Assembly: GCA_963819815.1 (NCBI GenBank)
Contig: CAWFXL010000001.1
Span: 224,001 to 288,000 of the forward strand
Length of the DNA: 64,000 nucleotides
Source of the DNA: an uncultured bacterium
GTDB taxonomy: Bacteria; Babelota; Babeliae; Babelales; Babelaceae
Reading direction: 5' to 3'
The stretch's first letter is position 1. Each line of letters starts with the position of its first letter. The position numbers and the translations under genes are program-made. Of the stretch, positions 20,131 through 30,300 are shown piece after piece. Below the pieces are notes generated by a model. The model saw only the letters and a program-made list of their open reading frames with translations. It did no database searches and had not been told where the DNA came from.

Positions 20131-20464
20131 GGTTTTCCTTAGATTGGAGTTGTACATATACTTATTATAAAAGTGTACCAGGTTCATTTTTTTTTTCACC
20201 AGGTCACCACATTTCGAGCCTTAGTGTAACGCAAATTTATTGATTTTCCAGTCTTTTTTTTTCGGTTATGAGGTTTTAGATTTTTCCCGTACTTTTGAGT
20301 CGATTTTTCACCTAGCTCATAAGCGAGTGCAATGGCGTACATTCTCATAAAAGCCCCCTGGTGATTCATTTTACTCTTTGCCGCACTCTGAGTATACTAC
20401 CCTCTATGGTTAGAACCATACATGTGCCTTATGGTACGCGTACAAATTTTTGTTAAAGGAATTT

Positions 20465-21928
20465 ATGAATACACTGAGAAAATCGATCTTTATCATAGGC
20501 CTCCTAGCTGCCAGTATTGCAGGCGCCTTATGGTATAAGTCCTCTTTTCAAAAGGCAGTTATTTCACTGGAAGCTCTTAAGAATAAGAGGAATATTGTGC
20601 CCATTGCCATTATAGGATCTGGGCCTGCCGGTCTCAATGCTGCTCTATATGGTGCACGAGCTGGGTTGTATACCGTTGTTTTTGAAGGGAAGGCTCCAGG
20701 AGGGCAGCTTGTAGGTACCTCCTATGTTGAGAACTGGCCTGGTATTCCTAAAATGCTCGGGGCTCAGCTTGTTGAACAGAATAAGCTGCAAGCAGCTACC
20801 TTTGGCGCTCTTATGGTTCCTGAAACGATTGCAGAGGTTGATTTCTCGGTATGGCCTTATATTCTAAGGACCGAAGATGGTCAAGAAGTTGGGGCTTTAA
20901 CGGTTATAATTGCGACGGGCTCTAATCCTCGCAGGCTTAGTGAAACAGGTGTTGTGAAGGGCGAATCAGAGTATTGGGGCTATGGCGTATCGAGTTGTGC
21001 CATCTGTGACGCACCTTTTTATAAAGGGAAGAACGTTGTTATTATAGGGGGTGGTGACTCTGCTATTGAAGAAGCGACTTTATTAACTGCCTATGCAGAT
21101 AAGGTGACCATACTCGTTCGTGGAACGCAGCTGCGTGCTGCAGCTGTTATGCAAGCACGGCTTAAGGACAATCCTAAAATTAACGTACTCTTCCATACTA
21201 AAGTGTCTGAAGTTCTTGGAGATGGTAAGGTGGTAACCGGTGTTCGCCTTACAGATACCCAAGAGAACAAGAGCTATGATCTTGAAACCGACGGTGTATT
21301 CCTTGCCATAGGGCATTTACCCAATACAGCACTCTTTAAAAAATCTATAACGCTTGATAAACTTGGCTATATTACGTTAAAAGATCGATCTCAAAGAACG
21401 AATCTGCCCGGCGTTTTTGCAGCAGGTGATGTGGCCGATCCTCGTTACCGCCAAGCAGGAGTCGCAGCAGGTGATGGTATTAAGGCAGCGCTTGAAGCGA
21501 TAGAGTTTCTTCAGGAACATGGCTTTACGGGTACGGTAGCTCAGAAGTTTGAAAAAAGCTATTATGATTCAACTCCTGAGGCGAATCTTATCGATCTTAC
21601 CCCAGTAACCTCGGGCCGACAGTTTGATGATCTAGCCTCAAAAAACAGCTGGGTTGTCGCCGAGATAGGTGCTGAAAACTGTGCAAGTTGCAGTACCTTG
21701 CTTCCTATAGTACGCTCCGTAGGCACAAAACTTGCTGATAAGGCAAAGTTTATCTATATCGACTTGACCGAGCAACCTACAGATCTTATTGAACGTTTTA
21801 AACTGACCTCTGTTCCCGCAATTCTCATCTTCAAGCAGGGTACACTCATAGCGCGTTACGATCAGCAGCTCTTTTCAAAACGTGAACTCTATACTATTCT
21901 TACCGCGCTGATTGCAGAAAAGGTTTAA
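20465..21928 (+). CDS. trxB: Thioredoxin reductase fused to C-terminal thioredoxin domain, with N-terminal membrane anchor
   Basis: IIGSGPAG, GGQL, ENWPG, CAICD, GGGDSA.EEA, GVFAAGDV; C-terminal AENCASC...SVPAIL thioredoxin fold. Confidence 0.92.
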   Translation: MNTLRKSIFIIGLLAASIAGALWYKSSFQKAVISLEALKNKRNIVPIAIIGSGPAGLNAALYGARAGLYTVVFEGKAPGGQLVGTSYVENWPGIPKMLGAQLVEQNKLQAATFGALMVPETIAEVDFSVWPYILRTEDGQEVGALTVIIATGSNPRRLSETGVVKGESEYWGYGVSSCAICDAPFYKGKNVVIIGGGDSAIEEATLLTAYADKVTILVRGTQLRAAAVMQARLKDNPKINVLFHTKVSEVLGDGKVVTGVRLTDTQENKSYDLETDGVFLAIGHLPNTALFKKSITLDKLGYITLKDRSQRTNLPGVFAAGDVADPRYRQAGVAAGDGIKAALEAIEFLQEHGFTGTVAQKFEKSYYDSTPEANLIDLTPVTSGRQFDDLASKNSWVVAEIGAENCASCSTLLPIVRSVGTKLADKAKFIYIDLTEQPTDLIERFKLTSVPAILIFKQGTLIARYDQQLFSKRELYTILTALIAEKV

Positions 21929-22191
21929 AAGAACTTTCAGATTGAAAGAGTTCGTTAAACGGCTTGGATATACCTATGGGTACATCAGCTCTGAGTTCGA
22001 GCTTGTGTTCCTTGTATCTCTAACACTGAAATGCATTGTTGTGCTCTTTCTTCTTAAAAACTCTCACCGTGACGTGTTTTGCACCCCATTTAGAAACCTT
22101 CAAAAAATCAATCGCTTAGTATTGCAATCTGCAATTTAAAAGTGATAATCTTAATCATGCATATGGTTTTGAATGGGGTGAAGGAGCATCG

Positions 22192-23283
22192 ATGTTTGGC
22201 AAAATGATGCTTATGTTTAGCATAACTGGCCTGGTAATGGCGGCATCTGGTAAAGGGCCAATGGTTCATGTGTGTGATAGTAAGCTGAAGGGTAGTAAAT
22301 TACTTGATGGGGTTACCGAAGAGTGTGTTACGTTCTTTTCTCGTGAAAGTCTCGATTCAGATAAGGAGTTGGCAAGAAAAGGTGTGGTGATTAAGCGACC
22401 AGACGCGAAGGCGACCGTGTTAATTTGTCATGGCTTTAAGTGTGATAAGTATGATGTAAGCTTTTTGCATATGCTTTTTAATGAGTATAATAGCATGGCG
22501 TTCGATTTTAGGGCACATGGTGAAGATAAGGAGGGGCAGTGCTGCACCTTTGGAAGGGATGAGTCCTACGATGTCATTGCAGCAGCTGAGTATATAAAAA
22601 ATGATCCCGAGCTTAAAAAAGTACCTCTTATCGCCTATGGATTTTCAATGGGAGCTTCTTCAGCAATTATAGCTCAGGCTCGTGAGCGAGATCTTTTTGA
22701 TGCGATGATTCTCGATTGTCCCTTCGATTCAAGTGATAAGCTGTTAGATCGGGGACTTGCCCAACTGAAAGTTACTGTGTTTGGGTATGAAATGCCGATG
22801 CCCGGCTCTGGCTGGTTAAAAAGCTACGGCTATAGTCCCTATGTCCAGACCGCTCTTAAAAACATCTTAAAGACTTTTACAAACTTCGGGGCAGAAGACA
22901 TTGTCGTTAACTTCGTGCCAGTCTATCCTGAAGAGGCGATTAAATATGTTGATATTCCCTGCTTTTTTATTGGGTGTATCAATGATTCAAAAGCTCCTGA
23001 AGAGGCAGTACTAAAGGTGTATGAAGGAGCGAAAGGATTTAAGCGTTGCTGGATAGATACTGATGGCAGAAAGCATTACGATACTATCTTTAGACAGATG
23101 CACCAATACTTTTATAAGGTTGACCATTTTATTAAGATCATTTTAGATGGCTCCTATAAGAAAAAGGTACCGGCTAAGATCAGAAAAGATAAACCGGAGT
23201 GTATTCTGACTCCAGGTACCACTACGACACCTACTTTTTCAAAAGGGAATCCTAAGAAAAATCCTTTAGGCAAACGTTTGTAA
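22192..23283 (+). CDS. Alpha/beta hydrolase, exported
   Basis: LICHGF, FDFRAHGE, nucleophile GFSMG, LDCPF, later D and H. Confidence 0.88.
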   Translation: MFGKMMLMFSITGLVMAASGKGPMVHVCDSKLKGSKLLDGVTEECVTFFSRESLDSDKELARKGVVIKRPDAKATVLICHGFKCDKYDVSFLHMLFNEYNSMAFDFRAHGEDKEGQCCTFGRDESYDVIAAAEYIKNDPELKKVPLIAYGFSMGASSAIIAQARERDLFDAMILDCPFDSSDKLLDRGLAQLKVTVFGYEMPMPGSGWLKSYGYSPYVQTALKNILKTFTNFGAEDIVVNFVPVYPEEAIKYVDIPCFFIGCINDSKAPEEAVLKVYEGAKGFKRCWIDTDGRKHYDTIFRQMHQYFYKVDHFIKIILDGSYKKKVPAKIRKDKPECILTPGTTTTPTFSKGNPKKNPLGKRL

Positions 23284-23544
23284 GTATGTCTCACAGCATT
23301 GATGGGAAGTGGTGAGCATCAGCAAAAAGAGTTGCTTACCTCATGAGTATGAGAATTGTTAAGCAGAGATTCTCGTAAAGACATACTCTTGAAAATCAAA
23401 AATTTCCATTTCTTTGCAACATTCGCAAGTTAGCATGCGTCTTTTTAGGTTGCTTGAAAAAGTTTCATCTCCCACCAAAAAAATCCTCCCATCAGAGTAC
23501 TCTTGTGATATACTTTAAAAAAAGATACCGATGAAAGGCCCTCT

Positions 23545-25071
23545 ATGATACAGATTTCTCTTGTTACCAATGACATTATCGATCGTTACTCTGATGCATA
23601 TGTATTTTTCTGTCGCCATGATTTTGACTTCGCACGTCTGTCTGCGACCGCTGGACACCTGTATGCTCCCTACGAGCAAGCGGTGAAGGAGCGGGGCTTT
23701 ACCGGTAAGGCAGGAAGTTCTCTGCTATTAAATGGTGTCTATAAAGGAAAGCCGGTCTACCTTGTTTTTCTCGGGCTTGGCGATATGCCTCATAAAAAGC
23801 CCGGCGGAAGTATCGAAGTATACCGTCGAGCTCTTGGAAGGCTGATACGCTTTGCTGAAGGCCATAAATTTTCTAGTTTTACCTTTGATTTACCAGATCC
23901 TGCAGTCCTTAATCTTTCGTATCGCCACCTTGCTGAAGAGACCTCTACCTTTCTTCATAAAGCTTCCTACCATTTTGATCAGTTCATTACCAATAAAGAG
24001 CGCACCTATCATTGGTCAATGAATGCAGTCATAGGAGCTCCTAAAAACTATGAAGCTGAAGTACAAGAAGGTCTTAACCGAGGTCTCTGCTTTGCGGATG
24101 CGCTCACGTTAGCACGGACCTGGTGTGATATGCCTCCTTCACATCTTCCTCCGGTGACCCTTGCAAAAGAAGCTGTCGCAAAGGCAAAAGAGTATGGCTT
24201 GACGACTACTATTCTTGATAAGAAGCAGATTGACAAGTTGGGAATGGGTGGTATTGAAGGGGTTTGCCGTGGATCGGTCAATGAACCGTGCATGGTAATT
24301 ATCGAATATAAAGCGGCTAAAAAAGATGCCCCCACTATTGCTCTTGTAGGTAAAGGAGTAACATTCGATACCGGTGGGCTCTGTATTAAACCTGCTGCAA
24401 GTATGCTTACTATGAAAGATGACATGGCTGGTGCTGCGGTGGTTCTTGCAACCATGAACGTGATAGCACAGTTAAAGCCTGATGTGAATGTAGTTGCCAT
24501 AGCGCCTCTCGTTGAAAACATGCCAAGCGGGTCTGCCATAAAGCCAGGCGATGTTCTCAAGACGTACAATGGAAAAACGATTGAAGTAATCGATACCGAT
24601 GCAGAAGGGCGTCTTATTTTAGCAGATGCACTGGCGTATGCTGCTGATGTCTATAAGCCTGTAGCTATGATCGACTTAGCAACGCTTACAGGAGCGATAG
24701 GTGTTGCACTTGGTGTGTTTTATGCTGGACTTTTTACCCAGCATGATGAACTCGCTGAGCGGGTTATTGATTCTTCCATACGAACGGGAGATCAAGTATG
24801 GCGTTTGCCTCTTGATGATGACTATATTCCTGCTATCATCTCAGATATTGCCGATGTAAAAAACATTGGCGATAGAAAGTATTTAGGATCTTCAATTACT
24901 GCAGCACTCTTTCTCAAAGAGTTCACTGGTGAGGTCCCTTGGGTGCATCTTGATATTGCCTCAGTAGCCTTTGGAGTACCCGATCTTTCGTACCTTCGAT
25001 CAGGTGCAACAGGATTTGGAATTAGGCTGTTAACAGACCTCGTTATGCAGTGGAAACCTTTTAAAGGATGA
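23545..25071 (+). CDS. pepA: Leucyl aminopeptidase (M17)
   Basis: LVGKGVTFDTGG..IKP, MKDDMAG, DTDAEGRLILADAL, DLATLTGA, WVHLDIA. Confidence 0.96.
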   Translation: MIQISLVTNDIIDRYSDAYVFFCRHDFDFARLSATAGHLYAPYEQAVKERGFTGKAGSSLLLNGVYKGKPVYLVFLGLGDMPHKKPGGSIEVYRRALGRLIRFAEGHKFSSFTFDLPDPAVLNLSYRHLAEETSTFLHKASYHFDQFITNKERTYHWSMNAVIGAPKNYEAEVQEGLNRGLCFADALTLARTWCDMPPSHLPPVTLAKEAVAKAKEYGLTTTILDKKQIDKLGMGGIEGVCRGSVNEPCMVIIEYKAAKKDAPTIALVGKGVTFDTGGLCIKPAASMLTMKDDMAGAAVVLATMNVIAQLKPDVNVVAIAPLVENMPSGSAIKPGDVLKTYNGKTIEVIDTDAEGRLILADALAYAADVYKPVAMIDLATLTGAIGVALGVFYAGLFTQHDELAERVIDSSIRTGDQVWRLPLDDDYIPAIISDIADVKNIGDRKYLGSSITAALFLKEFTGEVPWVHLDIASVAFGVPDLSYLRSGATGFGIRLLTDLVMQWKPFKG

Positions 25072-25142
25072 TTTTTTTTTGAGAACTCTTGCAGGTTGGA
25101 ACGAAGATAGCGTAGAGTTACCTTATGCAAGGGGGCTCTTTC

Positions 25143-25844
25143 ATGCAAAAGTATTTCGTGGTTCTTTTAACATTTCTTGTTATGTGTTCTTCAATCCAAG
25201 CCAAGCATATGGATGGAGTAACTTTTACTAGTCCCCGTAAGGTTCTTGCCTTATATCAGCTGATGAAAGATGTGCATGAACTTTTTGAGGCAAAGAAGAT
25301 CAGTTATTGGATAGATAGCGGTACTCTCCTAGGTGCCGTACGTCACAAGGGTATTATACCGTGGGACACAGATCTTGACCTCTGTATTGACAAGCATGAT
25401 GAGGAAAGGCTTCTTGATCTCAAACCACTTCTTGGGAAACTAGGGTTAACATTGGTATCGAAGACCTTTGGCTGGACGATCAAAGCAAAGGGAGGTTTCT
25501 GTGATATCTTTCTGGTGAGCAAGAGAAAAGGGACGTATATCTATGCTGATAAGCCAACCTCGACCTACTTTGCAAAACGGGATGATGGTCCTATTTATTA
25601 TACACAGGATGAACTATTTCCTCTTAAGCAGTATCCTTTTGGGGATCTGGTGGTCTGGGGTCCGCAGGATCCCTATCCGTATCTTGATAATTACTACAAA
25701 GGGTGGCGAACGACAGCCAAGTTTCTTGAGAGTCATAGGACCTACAGTTACTCGCCAAAAACGGTTGTGCTTACTGAGGATGATACAGTGCCTGCCCAGC
25801 CGCTGGGGCCTTTAGAAAATCGCGTAAGCAAGATTGTGAAATAA
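25143..25844 (+). CDS. LicD-family phosphotransferase, exported
   Basis: YWIDSGTLLGAVRHKGIIPWDTDLD, DIF, FPLK...FG...P; signal peptide. Confidence 0.9.
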   Translation: MQKYFVVLLTFLVMCSSIQAKHMDGVTFTSPRKVLALYQLMKDVHELFEAKKISYWIDSGTLLGAVRHKGIIPWDTDLDLCIDKHDEERLLDLKPLLGKLGLTLVSKTFGWTIKAKGGFCDIFLVSKRKGTYIYADKPTSTYFAKRDDGPIYYTQDELFPLKQYPFGDLVVWGPQDPYPYLDNYYKGWRTTAKFLESHRTYSYSPKTVVLTEDDTVPAQPLGPLENRVSKIVK

Positions 25845-25856
25845 ACGACTAAGTAG

Positions 25857-26987
25857 TTAAATATGTATATGAGCCTTGTAAGGCTCTTCATGATTGTGAG
25901 CAACAAAGTTCATAATCAATCCAAGCATCGCTACATTACAAAGAAGCGCTGACATTCCGTAGCTGATAAAGGGGAGCCCTAATCCTTTGGTGGGCATGAG
26001 CCCCGTGGCTACAAAAAGATTGATAAGTGCCTGGAGACTTGTGAGAAGTACAAACCCGATGGTGGTGTAATAGCAAAAGGGGTCATGAAGGCTGCGAGCA
26101 ATCTTTAAACCGGTATACAAAAAAAGAATATACAATCCTATTAATGCTGAAGCTCCAATGAATCCCGTTTCTTCTGCGATAATCGAAAAGATGAAGTCAG
26201 TATGCTGCATCGGTAGATAGAAAAACTTCTGCTTCGATTGAGCGATACCAACTCCAGTAACCTTCCCCGATCCGATAGCAATAAGTGACTGAATTATCTG
26301 AAACCCAGCTCCCTGAGGGTCATCCCAGGGGTTGAGAAAAGCAAGTACCCTCTGAAGTCTGTAGGGCTTAAGCCAGACGAGTAATCCTGCAACAGGTATC
26401 AGTGGCCCAATAGTTAGTGCTAAATGGAGTAACCGACACTGAGCGATATACAGAAGTAAAAATGAGGTAAGCGAGAGCGTAACTGCCTGTCCAAAATCGG
26501 GCTGTTTTAATAAAAGTAGGGCGGTTGCACCAAGGACGCAGAGAATCGGTAAATAGCCTCGTGTAAACGATGTGAGTCGGTACTGTTTTTTTGCAAGCAG
26601 GTAACCAAGGTAGACGATGAAAGACATTTTAAGGGCCTCGCTCGGTTGAAACCCAAATCCCGCGATATAGATCCAGCGCTGTGATCCGTGAATCGATTGA
26701 CCCATGCCAGGCATGAAGGTCATCAGAGTAAGCATCACGGTTCCTAAGAACACCCAAGGTACCCACATCTTAATTATGTAGAGGGGAATCAGGCGTATGA
26801 TAATGATGGCGATAAATCCGAGAACAAGACCAGTTAACTGCTTACGAAGATAATAGTCAGCAGATCCAAGCCGTTCAAGTGCATAGACGGAGCTTGAAGA
26901 ATAGATAAAGACCATGCCAATGATGATGCAGATCATGGTGATGCACATAAAGGAAAATAGAGTCGAACTATTTTTTGCGGTTATCAT
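25857..26987 (-). CDS. ftsW: SEDS peptidoglycan polymerase FtsW
   Basis: YSSSS, GSQRWI...FQPSE..K, QPDFG, GFQIIQSLIAIGSG, SKQKFFYLP..HTDFIF, PTKGLGLPFISYG. Confidence 0.93.
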   Translation of the reverse strand: MITAKNSSTLFSFMCITMICIIIGMVFIYSSSSVYALERLGSADYYLRKQLTGLVLGFIAIIIIRLIPLYIIKMWVPWVFLGTVMLTLMTFMPGMGQSIHGSQRWIYIAGFGFQPSEALKMSFIVYLGYLLAKKQYRLTSFTRGYLPILCVLGATALLLLKQPDFGQAVTLSLTSFLLLYIAQCRLLHLALTIGPLIPVAGLLVWLKPYRLQRVLAFLNPWDDPQGAGFQIIQSLIAIGSGKVTGVGIAQSKQKFFYLPMQHTDFIFSIIAEETGFIGASALIGLYILFLYTGLKIARSLHDPFCYYTTIGFVLLTSLQALINLFVATGLMPTKGLGLPFISYGMSALLCNVAMLGLIMNFVAHNHEEPYKAHIHI

Positions 26988-27350
26988 CGTAGGTCCTTTC
27001 CTTTCACCACTGTACATTGAAATGAGTACAAGTGGAAGATCTTTTTTTGCAAGATGTTCCGATAGCGATAAAGATACGTTCGTACAAAAATCGTTCTCTC
27101 TTTCTGTTCCCCATGATTTTTTTTCAAGCAGTAGTTGTGCAGTTTTGCTTTGAACGAACTTTTTTATTAACGTACGATCTTCTTGCTTAACGAAGTTGCA
27201 CTGCATGCTTACAAAAAAATGCAAAACTCTTGCAATTCAATTTTTGAATGTGATACCGTGTGTGAAATTGATGTGGAAGCAAACCAGTTTTCATCAAATG
27301 GTACCCAAGAGTGCATTTTGAAAACACATACTAATAAAAGGAGTAGTTGT

Positions 27351-30300
27351 ATGAAGAAACAGCTTTTATTATCGCTCAGTGCGATATGCTATATGATGAG
27401 TAGTTTTGCGCAGGGTCCCTTGCGTATTTCGCAGATTGATGTGAACCCGGCGATTTGTGCTGCAGGCGGCAGCAGTCCAACGAACACACAGATTCTCGTC
27501 GTTGCCGATGGTGGTGTGCCTTTCGCCGACGGTACGTATCACTATTTTCTGAATGGGTCACCTGTGTTTAATACGAGTGGGGTTTTTAGTGTGCCACTCG
27601 GAACAAGCATTAATATCTCAGTTGCGGACTCATTGACGACCCTATCTGGTATTTCTCTTAATAATCTAGGATCAGATTTTACCTTTTATAGTGTGAGTAT
27701 AGACCCGGTAACTAATTGTCTGGTAAATAATGGGGCCGTTACGGTGGTAACCGAAGGTACATCGAGGCCGGTCTTTACTCTCGCATCTCCTGCCACGGGT
27801 CATGTAAACCAGCCTACTGGCGTGTTTACCGGATTACCTGCAGAAGGCGTCACTATTACCTTTTTTGATGAACTAGGTAAATGTACCAACCCAGCACTTG
27901 GTGGTAACCCAAACTCCGTTACCGTGCCGATTGCTGACTTTCCTGTAGAAATAGTTAACCCATCAGCTACAGGGGCACCTCTAGAAGGCGTAGCACCTGT
28001 ATGCAGTGGCACCAGCGACGGATTCTTAGAATTTACGATCATAGGTGGAAATCCTCCCTATTTAGCATGTCTTACTCCAACTATTGCTGAAGAGACTCAG
28101 CCGAGCGATCCTTCAAGAGTATGCACATTAACTGATTGTGGAACTTGTGGAACAGGTTTTATAGGCGGCCTTTCCAGTGGTACCTACACACTTAGTGTCT
28201 CAGATGCAAATGGGTGTGCAGCTACTAACAACCAATTACCGGTTGTTATTCCATCGGGTAAAATAACTATTGATACTACTACAAGTACTACAACAGTAAC
28301 CCCTTGTTTTAATCAAGCTAACGGTACTTTAGAGGTAAACGTAGATACTATTCAAGCTCCTACAACGGTGACAATCACTGGCCCGGTAACAAGGACTTCA
28401 TCTCCTCAGTCCACAAATCCATTTATATTTGCTAACATTCCGGGCGGCACCTATCAAGTTTCGGCAACAGATGGAACCAATTGTGCGATAGCATCATTAA
28501 CAGTTCCTGTTTCAGGTCCTATCTCATTTACCTATTCTACTATTGATGCTGATAAGGTAGTTATTGCAGCTACGAGAGCTAATGTGGGACAGCCTACATG
28601 TTCAAACAAACAGGGGCTCATAATTATTGATAGCGTATTTCCAAACGACGGTTCTGTGAAGTTTTTTTCATTAGATGGTCATCCATTTGAAGAGTTTCAA
28701 GGTACGTCAACCTTTCAGCCTCCACTTGAAATCTGTGCAGATCCAGGATTTCATACGCTTACGTTAGCATTTGATGATTTGGGAGTATGTACTTCTCAAA
28801 CAGTAACCGTATTTGTCGGCACATCGCAGATTACCTTTACTCCAGTGGTGACAAATGCGCCCTGTTTTAATGGTAGTGCGACGACTGACTCTAATTTTGA
28901 TGGTAATGGAACAATTAAAGTCACAGGTATAAGTGGTGGTACTCCTGATCCTATTACTGACCTTTATTCCTTCTCAATAGGAACAGCAGCCGGATTTATA
29001 ACAACCGATAAGACGTTTACCGTCCCTGCGGGTACCTATGAGGTGACCATAAAAGACCATAACGGGTTTTTCTCAGATCCGCAAATTGTTACGGTTGAGC
29101 CGCAAAGTGAAATTATTCTCTCATTTGATGTATTAACCCCGATTAGCTGTCCAGGCAGTGCTACCGGTGTGATAACCGTGACAGCAACTGGCGGTAGTGG
29201 TTCGTATTTCTTTTCTCTAGATGGGACCCAGGGTACCTTTACTACTACTCCAGGAACCACATTTACTTCTCTACCTACAGCGGCTGGAACTTATTCTCTG
29301 GTTGCAAAGGATGCGGTGAATGGTTGTTTCTCAAGAACCCAACAGCTGGTGTTACAAGATGCGGCTCCAATGCTTATTACATATACGACCTCACAATCTG
29401 CGTGTAATAGTACCACTAGTACAGGAGATATAAGTATATCAAATATTTCGGGCGGCTTACCCCCATATACTGCTATAATTGATGGTCTTAGTTTCACTAC
29501 CAAATTTGGTCCCGGGACCACAAACCCATTTCCGACTGTAATTACTTCAAATCTTGCTCCCGGTTTCCATACGCTTACTATCCAAGATAGTAACAATCCA
29601 GCCTGTTCATCTCCAACGATTGAATTTGAGATACAGCCGGTCGTTATTTCGATAATTAATCCACCTAAGACTACCAACCTGACCTGCTTTAATTCTAATG
29701 ACGGAACTATAACGGTGAATACCGAAGATGTAACTGGTGGTACTTTATTCCCGCCAAATAGTGTTACACCATTTCCGCATTACGAGTATTCTATTGGGCT
29801 TGGAGATTTTATAGATACGGGTAATGCAACAGCGCCGGATTCATTTACAGACCTGCCTGCAGGCATCTATCCTGTTACAGTAATGGATGCTAATGGCTGT
29901 ACTTCAGAGCAAGAATTTGTTGTACTTACTCAACCAGCTCCAGTAACCTTCTCATTTGATGTAACTACCCCAATTCTATGTCCAGGGGGTACCGGTACCG
30001 TAACTATCTTTAACCCTCAGGGTGGTAGTGGAACCGGCTTTCAGTTTTCTATAGATGGTGGTACAGTCTTCGCTTCATTCTCGAACGATCCTGTCACTGG
30101 AAAACCGACAGGAAAGGCGACCCTTGCTGCCGGTACGTACACCCTCGTGGTGACGGACAGTAATGCCTGTCTTTCAACCATCCAAGAGCTTGTATTACAA
30201 GATCCTCAACAAATGGGAGTTGCGTTCACAACAACTCCAGCAACCTGCAAAACTGGTAATGCAGGTACTATAAAAATAACAGGGGTCCTTGATGGAAACG

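Noticed and set aside
24048..24569. 173-aa antisense ORF within pepA (and similar shadow ORFs in the adhesin, nrdA, ileS and array genes)
   Set aside because: Antisense or alternate-frame shadows of well-supported genes with no motifs
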